Origin: Octopus vulgaris
Taxonomy: Eukaryota
NCBI GenBank assembly: GCA_951406725.2
Contig: OX597828.1
Coordinates: 77,004,001 to 77,068,000 of the forward strand
DNA length: 64,000 nt
Direction of reading: 5' to 3'
The notes under the pieces are model-generated. The model saw only the letters and a program-made list of their open reading frames with translations, searched no databases and was not told where the DNA came from. The stretch's first letter is position 1, and every line of letters starts with the position of its first letter. Both the position numbers and the translations under genes were made by a program. Shown here in pieces: positions 45,890-60,342 of the stretch.

Positions 45890-46890
45890 TATTCTTCTTT
45901 GTCTTCCTCGTCTTCTCTTTCTTCTTCTTCTCCTCCTTCATCATCCTCTCATTCTCTTTCCTTCTTTTCCTTCTACTCCTTCCTCTTTTTGTCCTTCTGC
46001 ATCTTCTTCTTTATCTCTTTCTTCTTATTCTCCTCCTTATTCTTTTTCTTTGAATCCTCCCTCTTCTTCTTTTCCTCATCTTCCTCCTTCATTTTCTCTT
46101 TCTTCTACTTCTACATCTTGCTCTTTATCATCAGCATCATCATCATCGTCTTTTCCTTCATCATCATCTAACCCTTCCTTCCTCCTCCCCGTCTTCTTCT
46201 TCTTTCTCGTCTCTTCCTCTTCTTTTTCTACCTTTTCTCCTACTTCTCATTTTTCTTCTTCTACTTCTTGCATTTCATCCTCTTCTTCTTCTTCTTCTTC
46301 TTCTTCTTCTTCTTCTTCTTCTTCTTCTTCTTCTTCTTCTTCTTCTTCTTCTTCTCCATTTTCTTCTTATTTTTATTCTACTTCTATTTCTTGCTCTTAT
46401 CATTCCCTTCTTCTTCATCATCATCACCTCCACCTCTTCCTCCTTCTCCCACTTCTTTTACTTCCACTTCTTCTACTTCTCATTTTCCTTCTACTTCTAT
46501 TTCTTTCTTCTTCATCATCATCTCCTTCGTTTTCTACTTTTTCGTCTTCATCACCTTCTTCTGCCACCCCTTCCCCACCCCGGTTTCTTCTTCCCTTTCT
46601 TCCTTTAATACCTATTTTACGTCTTTCTTCCCTCGTTTATCATATATTTTTTCCCCAGGTCATTCTCATCTAAATATTTGTATATTATTTAAAGCTGGTC
46701 TTTATTCACGTGACCTCATCTCTCCCCTCCCAACAACCCACTGCCCTTATTCACCCATCACACACACACACACTTTCTCCCTCTCATTTCTTCTTTTTCA
46801 CTCTGTCCTTCTCTTTTTCTCTCTTTTCTCCCTCTTCCCTCTTTCCGTCTCTCCCCCCCCTCTCTCTCTCTCGCCCTTTCTCTCTTCTCA
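45890..46890. repeat. Pyrimidine-rich low-complexity tract including (TTC)n
   Basis: Strongly C/T-biased on plus; a pure ttc run spans ~46282-46353. Confidence 0.9.
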
Positions 46891-47559
46891 TTATCAGGAT
46901 ATGTTCAGCTAAAACTCCTTCTTAAAATTATATATTATTTTTGCTGTTGCTCTTGCTTTCGTTCTTTTAGTTGTTGCTGTTGTTGTTGTTCTCTTAGTAA
47001 ACATCTTTAATGGTACGGCTTTGTAATTATCTTCCTTTTCTCATTGATATCTGTTATCATCACCATCCTCATCCACATCATCATCATCATCATCATCATC
47101 ATCCTTAGTATTATAATCATCAGCAGCAGCAGCAGCGTCGTCGTCATCGTCGTCATCACCATGTTCACCATCATCAACTATCATCATCCTTATGGTCACC
47201 ATCATCATCAGCAGCATCATCACCCCCATTATCAGCATCACCACCACTATGATCATGGCCATTTTATATTCTTTTAATCATCTCTTACGCCTTTTTTCTC
47301 GTTTTTTTTAACTTCTGTATAAAATCATAAATGTGACATCGTGGAATTCCTGCAAAGCCATTTTTACGATTCAATCTCTATTCCTGTTTAGAATTCTTCG
47401 CTGAAGTGTTTCTCCGTCTTTTTTGTTCCCCTCCAAACATTTTGAAGTATTTACCTCCTGTCATATGCAATGCAATCGTCACAAATTTTGAAGAATATGG
47501 TACGAGTTAAATACACTGACTTCAAAAATGTTTCTTTCAAACTGATTCGTCAGTTGCAG

Positions 47560-47960
47560 CCGTCTTCAATAGATTTGACTGAATCTCAAAACGTGACCAG
47601 CTAAGCTCATGAATGTTGTTGAACCACCTTGTTCGCCGTCTACCCCTGGGCATCATATCGTTAGTCTTGCTCGTAAAACTTGCTCATCTCAACTTTCCTA
47701 ATATATTCGTACTCCATGATCGTAGTATCGGATCTGTGATCTCGCAGTTCGTAGAAGAAATAGTGGCTCTACTTGCAGCGCCCCTCTCATCTCCGATCTA
47801 TGCATCCTAACGAATAAATTTACATAGACACTTCGAATGAACACCAACTCTCGTATTTGCAATCGTATTATTTCGGTCTTCACCCAATATTTGTGACCAT
47901 AGCTAAGAGGAGATACGAACACTGAGTTTGGCTTTTACACGTACCTCTCTTCTTCTAATG
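47560..47960 (-). mobile_element. RTE-clade LINE C-terminal relic
   Basis: LSYGHKYWVKTE..MRGALQVEPL..RSQIRY, then PRGRRRTRW in another frame; typical RTE post-RT motifs. Confidence 0.75.
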
Positions 47961-49522
47961 ATCTGGAGGTAAACATAAAAAAATATATACATAGAAATAA
48001 AGGAGTCGTTCAAACATCCGTTTTGTAGAAGACTAATCTGCAATAGATATCAACCAAATCTAATTCAAATTACATTCTACAGTCTCTATAATGAAGGGAA
48101 CACTCGATAGCGTAGTTCAAAACGTCAAGAAATAAAACTGACAGAGAGTCATAACTATAGCACTTTCGATTTAGAATCAGTTCGATTAGGGCCGACCTGG
48201 CATTCAGTAGTATCAGAAACAGCATTGTTAGAGTTATATAGTAGTTTTACCTTCTCTGCATAAGAGCCAAATCTCCAACAACTCGATCTACTGTCTTTAG
48301 AAAAGCTGGGTATTTGAGATAAAGGAATTTCAGATTCACTAATTCGAAAACGAAAAACGTTGTGGTCACGGCTGGAACATCTCTCTATCGAATCTGTTTG
48401 TAACCTAAACTAATCTAAGACCAATCACAATTCTAGAGTTATATGTCCCACGGGAAACAGGAAATATATCGCTTAGAAGGAAGGTGTGATGTTTGTGTTA
48501 CAGTAAGCAACCGAAGAGTTTTTATTTTAACCTAACTGCGTATCACCATCACCAAGGTATTCCTAGTAAAACATGTTTCTCTTAGATTCTTTACATCAAA
48601 ATAGAATTCAGTATCCAAGGCAACTGCTGATGATTCCAGTTGGTAAGGTTCCGTTTAGTTTTTGTGTATAAACTCAATAAATCAGTTGCCGTAGAGATCG
48701 AAGAATACAACTTAACATGTTCTTTATCTGAGATTGCTGGAAGACAGGAAAAATTGGCGTCGTTTCTCTTGAAATTTTAAAACTCAGAAATCAATCATTA
48801 TCTAAAATAGATTTTTATATTGGTCATTCATTGGTCATATATTGGTCATTTACGGGTCATTTATCGATCGTTTATTCACCAGATAATCAAGATACGAAAA
48901 CCAGAACTAAGCACGCTTTTTTCTCACGGATTCTGAGAAGGGGGGGGGAGAATAAGAGAGAGAGAGAAAGAAAGAAGGAAAGAAAGAAACAAACAAACAA
49001 ACAAAGAGTTACCCTTAAGCCGGAAGGGTCAACTCTGCAAAGGATAATCAAAGACTTCGTGATGATTCGAAATTGGGGAACGAATTGAAATCTTCCGTCA
49101 AAAAGCACAGAATTCAAAAGCTGGAACCAAGGTTGCAAGGCAGCCAATATTCTACCACTTCTGTTCTATGGCTTCCTTAATTAATTTTCTACCAATTATC
49201 TCTAACCTTAAGTTAAATAATGTCTATCCTTTGCTAAACTGTTAGGTAGAAACTAATGGCTATAACGCCCAAATTATTTTACTACAAGCCTAGCATCATG
49301 TACGTTTGCATCAAGGTATTTATTCTATTAGCCGAGTCTTTTGGGAGTCAGTTAAATTCTTAGCAACTTTTATGCTAAGCGCTAGAAACTTACTCCCACA
49401 TAAAGGCCAACTTGTTGGAAAGCATTCTGGGAAAATGTCGATATTTCGCACTAGAATACCTGATGGTCATACATATTGACTCTTGTAGCATTTTGGTTCA
49501 CATATACATATATAAATATGGT

Positions 49523-49590
<68 letters not shown>

Positions 49591-49689
49591 CAGACTTATA
49601 TAAATATGCATGAGTATATATATACATACATACGTACATACATACATACATGCATACATACATACATATATATATATATATACATATAT

Positions 49690-49738
<49 letters not shown>

Positions 49739-49747
49739 TACATATAT

Positions 49748-49839
<92 letters not shown>

Positions 49840-50009
49840 ATAGTAAATTAAAATACTGAGCGTAGAAATTTTCATTTGCCTTTCTTATTTTTTATATTTT
49901 GGCGTTTGCTGGCTTTTTTCTTGAGAACGCACTCTTTGTAGTAAGGCGATTTGACTTCTATTTCTACCGTATAGGAACCCACTTTAGTGGTCATTCCTCT
50001 TATTAATTG

Positions 50010-50058
<49 letters not shown>

Positions 50059-50481
50059 AACATGCTTATGTAAGTATATAAATATAGCTATTCAGATATA
50101 GATACGAATATATTAGAATGAATATAATTATAATCCCTATAGCAACAATTCGTCTCAGATATTTACATATTTAGAAATTGTTTCTTCTCTTATTTATTCT
50201 TGTAAAGTATTAGCTAATTAATTCTTGTGGTGCATTTCGGTTGTGTTACATAATAAACAATTGTAATTGAAGAAATATTAAGATGTAAGAGCTATGTTGT
50301 GTAGTGTGGAATGTTAAGAGAGTTAGGTTTTAATGTCTCACACTGCGACTCCTGAGCAGCAGGTGGAGACATCTATCATTTCATATTTCTTTGCTTATAG
50401 TCAGTCAAAGATGGTATTGTAGCAGTAAGATTTATTCTACAACCTTGTAGAAACTGCAACTGATCTGAATTAATTAATTAA

Positions 50482-52741
50482 CACTGGTCAACAACCAAAA
50501 TGCTTCTTAGACCAGAGTAGCAATTTCCAATTAATTTTAGGTCGCTGATAAAGGATATCATGGCAAAGCTCTACTTTTTCCAAGATACACGTACGTGTTA
50601 CAACAGATTCCAACAGGCTTGCGACGGTATGACTCTTACCGCACTCGCAGCCCCCCCCCTGCCCTTCAGTATTGTTCCAGCAGCCATAGGTTGTGCTTGT
50701 GCTGTGCAAGTTTATATAATGAGGTAAAAGGAAAGTGATTTTCGAAGTCAAAACCTTTTTAAACTTATAACAAATATTCATTGAGCAAGCCATTGATATG
50801 CATATGAGGCATTTGATATCAATTCTATTTTCCTACTGAATGATTTAAACCCATCTGCTAAGCTGTCATGCACTGTAAGATTAATGATGAAATTATGAAT
50901 AAATGTTTTGTTTATTATCTAATTGCCTGTTGCTTTCTCCTTTCAGATGCCTCATACTTCTGTGAATAAGACATGCAACTTCTGCTACATCCATGGTAGG
51001 GTGACCTTCGCATCATAGAAGCGCCATATAACTTCTATGGTGAGAAAGGCATATCACCAATATTTTGGATGGAAGATTGGTGACAAGGACAAGGGCTGGG
51101 CTCCTCACATAGGCTGAAACAATTGTGCTACCAGCCTTCGTCAATGGTTGAACAGGAAGAGGAAAGGAATGTCTTTTGTTGAGCCAATGACGTGACGGGA
51201 GTCAACAGACCATACCAACAATTGTTATTTCTGCATGGTACCTCCAGTAAAAAAGGGCTTGTCAAAGAAGAAACAAAACGAGTCCATTGAATATCCAAAC
51301 ATTCCATTAGTTACTCGCCCAGTTCTACGTAGTGAAGGTCTATCTGTTCTTGATGCAACAACTTCGGTATTCTTCGAGTCAAATGAAGAAAGTGGTGATA
51401 AGGAAGCGGAGAAATATGACGGCTTAGATTACAGTGTGCTCCAAATTTTGATGAAACACACTCCTCGAGACTACATCTCATGACACGAGGGAAACTCCAT
51501 GACCTTGGCAAGGATCTACAACTACCTGAGTATAAGGCAGAGCTTCTAAGCTCTAGTCTTCAATAGCTGATGTGAAAATTTCAAAATTTCATGACTGTCA
51601 ACAGCAGTTCAACAATTCCTTCATAATGGGAAGTGATTTATTGGCCTGCAACAATATTAATGGTCGGATGGAAGCACTTGATATTGAACACGAACCCAGT
51701 CACTGACGGCTGTTCATAGATTCATGAAAAACTTCTCTGAAAGATGTCTTGTTGCATAATGGCAATAGTGAACCTTCAGTTCTTGTGAGCTATGCATCAC
51801 ATATGAAAGACACTTATGAATATATAACACTTGTGCTGTAATGCATAAAATATAGTGAACAACAATGGCAGCTCTGTGATGACTTAAAGGTTGTTGCTTT
51901 TGTGATGGGATTGCAGGGCGGATACACCAAGTACTGCTGCTTTCCGTGTGAATGGGACAGCTATGCAAGAAGTTCCCACTCTGTCGGGAGAGACTAGCCA
52001 CCTCGTCAAGCATTGAAGCGTGAGATGAAAAATGTTCAACATCCACCTTTCACTAGGCTAAAAAAAATTTTTGCTACCACTAGACATAAAACTGGGGCTC
52101 ATGAAAAATTCTGTAAAAGCTTTGAACAAATCCGGTCAGGTATTCATGTATTTATCATCGAAATTCCTCCCACTGAACGACAAGATAAAAGAGAGAGTCT
52201 TCATTGGTCCTCAGATTCGAGAACTTCTTAAAGATGGTGACTTTGAATCAGCATCCAAGTTAGTGGCGAAGGGATTTCTCGGAAACTGTGAAGAATTGGT
52301 CGTAAAAACCTCACCAAGACTTACAAGAACATGGGATGTAACATAACGCGTCAAATCCGCGTTGTGGACTTACATTTAGACTTTTTCCAGCAAACTGTGA
52401 GGCAGTTAGTGACGAACATGGTCAAGAGTTTCATCAAGATATTTCAACCATGGATAAGCGGTACCAGGGAGGATGGAGCAAAATGATGCTTGCCTGGACA
52501 TTGGCACGAGATTATTCCTCAGCTCTCAATAAGCGTCAAGTAAAGAGCAGAGAGTAGATACGGACAAGAAGTTTAAACATAATGACACACATCGAACATT
52601 GTAATAAAATAATCAAATATTACATGTCGTTTATCTTTAGCTAATAAGCAATTTTCGAGGTGATATTTGGATTAACTAATCATGAGGATTAACTAATCTC
52701 ATTTAAGAAACACACAACTTTTGACAATTTGCTGACCAGTT
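50482..52741 (+). mobile_element. Full-length decayed Chapaev3-type (CMC superfamily) DNA transposon
   Basis: TIRs cactggtcaacaa / ttgctgaccagtt, flanked by TAA on both sides, with an internal transposase pseudogene. Confidence 0.8.
50947..52557 (+). pseudogene. Chapaev3-like transposase pseudogene
   Basis: FCYI..YFGWKIGDKDKGWAPH..C..DHTNNCYFC, RLFIDS, DLKVVA..GLQGGYTKYCC, LDIKLGLMKN, FIGPQIRELLKD, SDEHGQEFHQDISTMDKRYQG; many stops and frameshifts. Confidence 0.85.
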
Positions 52742-53030
52742 TAATCAGCAACATCAACTTCCTAGAATTTATCATCACCATCATGAATACCACCGCCATC
52801 GTCACAAGTACAGCCAGAAATGCAATCACCACTACCGCAACCCTCATCGCCATCATCACTATCATCATCATCATCATTGTCGTCGCCATCAACATCATCA
52901 TTATCATCATCATAGTCATCATCAATAACAGCATCACTACTATTCTCACTATTACCACCATCATAAACATCTCCGTCTCCCATCATCATCTCCCTCAGTG
53001 CTTTCTTCTGAAAGTCTCTACTACGTCAGA

Positions 53031-53134
<104 letters not shown>

Positions 53135-53159
53135 CATATACATATACATACATATATAC

Positions 53160-53203
<44 letters not shown>

Positions 53204-53395
53204 CTCATCTCCCCTTTTCCTAGCATCCTCCTCAACTCATTCAAACACACACAGCTTCCTATGTTTACTCATAACAAACACATCATAATTTTTAAATTGA
53301 CTTTTATGAGGGGAGATCTGAAAATCTAATATAAATAGAAATACGCTAACATGAAATTCACACCGTTCTGAGCAAGCGCGCAGCCACACACATAG

Positions 53396-53434
<39 letters not shown>

Positions 53435-53528
53435 CACATACATTTATATATATATATATATGCAGGTATATAAATGTATGTGTGTATATATATATATATA
53501 TATACATACATACATGCATTTATATATC

Positions 53529-53569
<41 letters not shown>

Positions 53570-54223
53570 ACACATGCATAGTGTTATATATATATATATA
53601 AGTAGATATATGTATATGTGTGTACGCGCATAGGTGTACGTGTGTGTGTGGGGAGGTGTTTGTGTGTGCGTGTGTGTATGTGTCTCTGTGTGTGTGTATG
53701 TTGCAAGTTGTATTGAAGCAGTGTGTGCATGCGCAACCATTTTGGATTATACAACGTTTAGGTGAAGAAAACATAAATGTCAGCTTTAGTAGGAAAACAT
53801 TGTATATATTTCGTTTGATGTATCACATATTTGTCTTCGTTTAATGCTTCAAATATAGCGTTATGCTTTGCTAGGGAAGAATACAGACAGCAGCCAACAG
53901 GATGGAGAGTGATTCATTACCATGTTGTTATGTCTTCTTACTGATACATTCTCTCTGGCTTGCATTAGCTGCGGGGAAAAAAAAACGAATTCTTTGCATC
54001 AATATTTAGACATTTATTTATGCATGCATATAGACAAGCACATACGTATATCGCGCGCGCGCGTGTAAGATTTTGTTTTATTTTGTCGTAAGTCTCTCGC
54101 TACTCTGAGTTATGTCTGCAGGTGTATAGGGTCTTCGTCAGGTAAGCTGCAACTTGCTTGAAGACCCTATGCAATTAACAGCGTAACTCAAAAGAGCTAG
54201 TGATTGATTCGACAAATATGGAA

Positions 54224-54807
54224 TATTCTTTTCTAATCTGGGCACAAGGCCCGAATTTTGGGGGTAAGGGGTCAATTATATCTACCCCAGTGCGCAACTG
54301 GTACTTAATTTATCGACTCCGAAAGGATACAAGGGAAGGTGGACCTCGGCGAAATTTGAACTCAGAACGTAAAGACAAACGAAATACCTATTTCTTTACT
54401 ACGCAAAAGGGGCTAAACACCAAGGGGACGGACAAGGACAGACAATCGGATTAAGTCGATTATATGGACCGCGGTGCGTAATTGATACTTATTTAATCGA
54501 CCTCGAAAGGAAGAAAGGCAAAGTTGACGTCGGCGGAATTTTAACTCAGACCGTAGCAGCAGACGAAATACCTATTTCTTTACTACCCACAAGAGACTAA
54601 ACACAGAGAGGATAAACAAGGACAGACAAACGGATTAAGTCTAATTATATCGACCCCAGTGCGTAACTGGTCCTTAATTTATCGACCCCGAAAGGATGAA
54701 AGGCAAAGTCGACCTCGGCGGAATTTGAACTCAGAACGTAACGGCATACGAAATACGGCTATGCATTTCGCCCGGCGCTGCTAATGTTTCTGCCAGCTCG
54801 CCGCCTT
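54224..54807 (-). mobile_element. Tandem trimer of SINE family A
   Basis: Units 54573-54807 (with head), 54389-54572 and 54224-54388; both junctions read gaaatacc|tatttcttt. Confidence 0.9.
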
Positions 54808-54939
54808 GACAAATATAAAACGTTATTTATCTCTATTGTCTCAGGTATGAAATACTCTTTGTTTTGTTTTTTTTTCTCACAACAATCCACACTAAACGTG
54901 TATTATTTCATGACACTGATCGACATATTTTTTTCAAAC

Positions 54940-55505
54940 TCCGTATCGCAATTCTAACAGTGTGTTAGTAACTTTCTGCCGCCTTCCTTTTTTCAGAGTT
55001 GAGACTATCGATGTTACTTTTAACATGGTATGAGTTGTGCTTTATGAACAGCTTTCCTGTTCCTCTATTCAAGTTCTGTAGCTTAGGGTTTGTCCATTTC
55101 AGCAAATGGGGGAAGCTATCTTAGTACTGGTACAGACCATATTTTTGTTTTAATGATATTCTACACTATTTAATTTTCTTTCAAGCACCTTCTGAATTCT
55201 TTTCTTATAATCTTTAGTGACTTTCTCTCTCAATTCTCCCTTCTTTTATTATCCTATCCCTTGCAGAATTTCCAGGTACTTGTACCCGCATCACCCCATT
55301 ATTCCACAACGATCTAAGGATGTGTTCTTGTGGTAATTTTATGCTCTCATTGTTCACATTCCGGTCTCACTTCATAATTAGAACTGCCTACTTATTTCTC
55401 CCAAACTCTATTGAATGCTCTTACTGTTTGGATCAAAGAGTCCAGCTTTTTCACCATTTTGTATACAATTTGAGGTGATTCACGTAAATTAGATGATTTA
55501 TTATC
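54940..55505 (-). mobile_element. Old R4/Dong-like RT relic
   Basis: HLIYVNHLKLY (like HLLYMDDLKLY), KLDSLIQTV, IEFG, GYKYLEILQ, KWT..HVKSNID..EGGR; collinear with the 4390-4908 protein. Confidence 0.7.
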
Positions 55506-55708
55506 ATTTCGGTTTTGATAAATTCATAGGCAGGCCTGGATTTCCTCAGGATATTGTCAGAGAGATAAATACAATGACGAAGAGTAACGGAGAGAGCGAG
55601 TTCCCTTGGAAAATGCTTATATATGAATATTATTGTTGTTGTTTTTTGTTACTATATTCATTATTATTATTATTACTATATTTTTCATTATTATTATTAC
55701 TATATTTT

Positions 55709-55815
<107 letters not shown>

Positions 55816-55818
55816 ATT

Positions 55819-56258
55819 CAGTAGTTTTATTTTTATAACGTGCTTTCACTTCACTACCGAGCGCAGCTCTGTGTGCCTTGGGTATGTGCTGTGATTTGTT
55901 GTGATGCTCTGATGGTTATTGTATGGAAAGTGTTCTGCGTAGGATGTGTGCAGTGCCTAGTAGTGCAATTTTCTGTATGTTATATGTGTTTGTAAGTCCT
56001 GGTGTTTTTGTTATGTATTTGTCTGAATATTTTTTTATCATGCCTAATGCACCTACCATGATAGGAATTGTTTCTATTTTTAGATTCCACGTTCTGGTTA
56101 CCTCTATTTCCAGGTCTTTGTATTTTGAAAGTTTCTCCATTTCCTTTAGAGAAACGTTGTCATCTGTTGGTATTGATACATCAATTAGAAAGCATTTTTT
56201 TCTTCATGATCTCTGACAACTATATCTGGTCTGTTGGCCTTAATTTCTCTATCTGTGT

Positions 56259-56262
<4 letters not shown>
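55819..56262 (-). mobile_element. Short 5'-truncated copy of the same R4/Dong family as 3434-4908
   Basis: Highly similar to 3434-3877 with the same 3' end; (ATT)n on both sides (55657-55814, 56261-56333). Confidence 0.93.
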
Positions 56263-56316
<54 letters not shown>

Positions 56317-56338
56317 CATCATCATTATTATTATTTTT

Positions 56339-56495
56339 AAGGAGGTGATTTGGAGGAATCACCAATCTGCTTGACGTAATGCTTAGCTGTATTTCGCCCG
56401 TCGCTACGTTCTGGGTTCAAATTCCGCCGATGATCGACTTTGCCTTTCCTCACATTCGGAGTCAATAAATTAAGTACCAATGGAATACTGAGGTT
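56339..56495 (+). mobile_element. SINE family A, degenerate
   Basis: gggttcaaattccgccga..gactttgcctttc..ataaattaagtacca. Confidence 0.8.
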
Positions 56496-56735
56496 GCTCT
56501 TGTTGTTGTTGTGTCTGCATACGCAGGCGACGTCACTGTCATGGTGTCGAGCGTTTCAGATGTAGAAACAATTGGCAAAGCACATGCTTTTTCCTTTGAG
56601 AAATGTTGCAGGACTTCTTTATTCGCTTGTGACACTAAGATGTGTGTGTGTGTGGGTGTGTGTCTATACATATATTCATATTTTGATTTTGATTGATTTT
56701 TCCAGTTTCAGCTCATTTGTATTTATGAATGTAAG

Positions 56736-57152
<417 letters not shown>

Positions 57153-58480
57153 GGACAAAATACAAAGCAGAGTTTTTCTTTTTGGGAAGAAGAGAAAGAA
57201 AAAAAAGGGTCGAATTCCGATCAAAAGGAATTGTGAAAAAAAAAATATGGGGACTATCAATAGGTATCGTGTATCACGGAAATGTCAATGTAAAAAGGGA
57301 AAAGAGATTAGGTTTGTCCGTTGATAGAAAACCCTAGGGAAAAGACCACGGGAACTTTGAGCAATAAGTATCATGCAAAAGAAAACATATTACAATATGT
57401 GGCTCTCTTTTTTCCTTTCCTTTTTTTTGTTTTTGTTTGGTTCATAGGATTATACTGAAGCTGGCTCCGTCACTCACACTTGCCATCCTTGCTACATTCA
57501 CCCATCGTTTTTTTTTGAAATTTCACTCTCTACTCGCACCTTCCTCTTCAAGTGATACTTGAAGAAGTTGATGAGAGATTGACCAGAGAGGAAAGTGTTT
57601 GTCTCCAATCCTTTCAGACGCGTCCACCATACACATTCTTTGGCTATAAACACAAGTAGGATGAAAATGGCTCTTCCTTCTCGTTTCAAGAAACGAGGCG
57701 CGACAATATTCACGATAGGCTCGGTTAATAAACCGATTCGTCCCACACGCTATAGCAGTCGTTCGACATAAGCCCACAGGTCGGAAATTGTTGGACTTTG
57801 CACGAGTGCGTGCAGAACGGTTTCGTCGCTCTGACCGCATCTCGAGCAGGTCGGCCCCGTGTTTCTCGAGCTAGGCCTGTAGATCGTATCCCGAACGGGT
57901 AGCGCTTCACGATAGCACTGCCAGGCCAGGGATCTCTGGAAGTTGTCGTTAGGTCCCGGCCAGAAAGTAGTCTTGAACAGGTATTCCTCGTCGACGCCCA
58001 GGTTCGCCCAGGTTCGCCCAGGTTCGCCCCGACATCGTCGTCGTACTTCCCTTCCACTAATCCCCTATAGAATGCTTGGGTTGTGATGGAGTCACTCAAG
58101 GTCGACCCGGGACGGCAGAGTTGCTTGAGAGCAACGCGACACTCGCGGTGCCATTCGCCCTTCCTCGGCCTCTTTTTGATCCACGACTGCAGTTTGGTCA
58201 TGGAGACGAGCTGCGGGAAAGCGTGCCTCACAAACGGCGACCACACCTGTTCGCCGTCGTCTACGAAGAGCCGGAGATGTCGCAGTCTCAGTGCGTCTCT
58301 GTACATCATCAACCACGGCATGCCCAGCCCTCCTTTTAAGGGGTGTTGGCAGCAAACGGATCGCCTGACCATCGGAACGCATCCTTTCCGCAAGAAGCGG
58401 AAGAGAATGCGTTCTAGTTTGGTGATGGTAGGGTCGGGACGTGGCACGGCGGTCAGACGGTACATGTGGCAGATGAAGAT
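57153..58480 (-). mobile_element. 5'-truncated L1/Tx1-clade LINE: ORF2 C-terminus and 3'UTR
   Basis: LFRFL..HPLKGGLGMP, then after a frameshift LAWQCYREALPVR..CSRCGQSDETVLHAL (CCHC-like) and AKECVWWTR. GC-rich relative to its flanks. Confidence 0.85.
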
Positions 58481-59229
58481 TAGCATATTTCCATGTTAAA
58501 CAGTCCGTTCTGAACATGGATGTTTTTCACAATTTTCATCATCCCACCCGACGCGTATGCGCTCTCTACTCAGCTTGAAAAAGCAATATTATTGTTTATT
58601 CTGAGATGTGTATGTATGTGAGTGTGCGTGTGGGTGTGCGGAGAAAAACAGGCGGATAAAGACTTATATATATTTCTATATATGTATGCAAGTATGTATT
58701 TAGGTAGGTAGGTGGGTATAGGGAAGGGGAGTGGAGGGAAGAGGAGAATAAGAGAGAAGTGGCTCCAGACCTATAAACTTGTGGAGCGGAACAATTTAAT
58801 GATGTTTCACGATTCTTTACTTTCTAGAATTAGACGGTGACAGTCTTGTTTCGGTTAGTAGAAGCCTATTGTACACACACACAAACACACACACACAAGC
58901 ACTCACACACACATACACACACACACGCACATGGACGAATATAAGCAATACATACGCACACGCCATCATATTCGCACGAACTCAAACACAACACCCTCCT
59001 CCTCCTCCTCCTCGAACACGTGTACTCGAACGTTAGTAAAAGCACAGCCACACATACGTATGGAAAGGAAACCAAAATGCACACACACCGACTAAGAACC
59101 ACATATACGCATACATACATACAGGCATTCTATATATATGTATATATATATGTATATATATATACGCTATCACTATCTATCTATCTATCTATCTATCTGT
59201 GTGTCTGTTTGTCTGTCTATATCTATCTA

Positions 59230-59314
<85 letters not shown>

Positions 59315-59591
59315 CATTTATCTCCCTATACATACACACACATATGCGTGTGTATGTGTTTATGACTTCTTGTTCGTGTGTGTATGCGTACTTATATAAG
59401 CCCGCGGTTTATACGTAGGCGTGGGTATGTGTATGTGTTCAAAACGAACATTTAAATAAAATGGTCATTCGGCTTCAAGATACAAAACCACAAATATATA
59501 AATACGAGGAATATAAGTACAATAAATGCTCCCAAAAGAGGAAACTGAATGACAGGAAGATAAAAGAAAGAAACAATGAAAGGGAGCAAGG

Positions 59592-59639
<48 letters not shown>

Positions 59640-59836
59640 ACGAAAGAAAGAAAAAGAAGAACGAAAGAAGATCGAAAAAGAAGGCCATTTCCAAGGCGGG
59701 AGTTGTTAAAAGTTAATTGAGCGGAGTGGCCGTTCTCAATGCAGTTTATTGTGTTAGTTAGACTGGAAAGAGAAGTGATTTCAGACATAGTATCATTATC
59801 ATCATCATGATCATCATCATCATCGTCATTATTATT

Positions 59837-59869
<33 letters not shown>

Positions 59870-59941
59870 CTTCTTCTTCTTCTTCTTCTTCTTCTTCTTC
59901 TTCTTCTTCTTCTTCTTCTTCTTCTTCTTCTTCTTCTTCTT

Positions 59942-59973
<32 letters not shown>

Positions 59974-60206
59974 AGCCGGTGTCTGTTTTCACACTCACTG
60001 ATGAAGTTATTTTAATTACACTCCAAATGTGCGTATGCGTGTGTGTATGCACGGGCGCGCATGTGAGTGTGAGTCCGTATGGATGTTCGAGTGTTGGTGT
60101 TGGTGTTTGTCCTTATGTCTATATATGGACATAAATGTAAGTGTAAGCGAGGGTGTGTTGATGTTTGCCACTATGTACTATTTTATGTAGACAGACAGAG
60201 AAGTAA

Positions 60207-60342
<136 letters not shown>

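Noticed and set aside
45768-46912. Long Ser/Phe/Leu-rich ORFs (301 and 214 aa)
   Set aside because: Products of a pyrimidine low-complexity tract.
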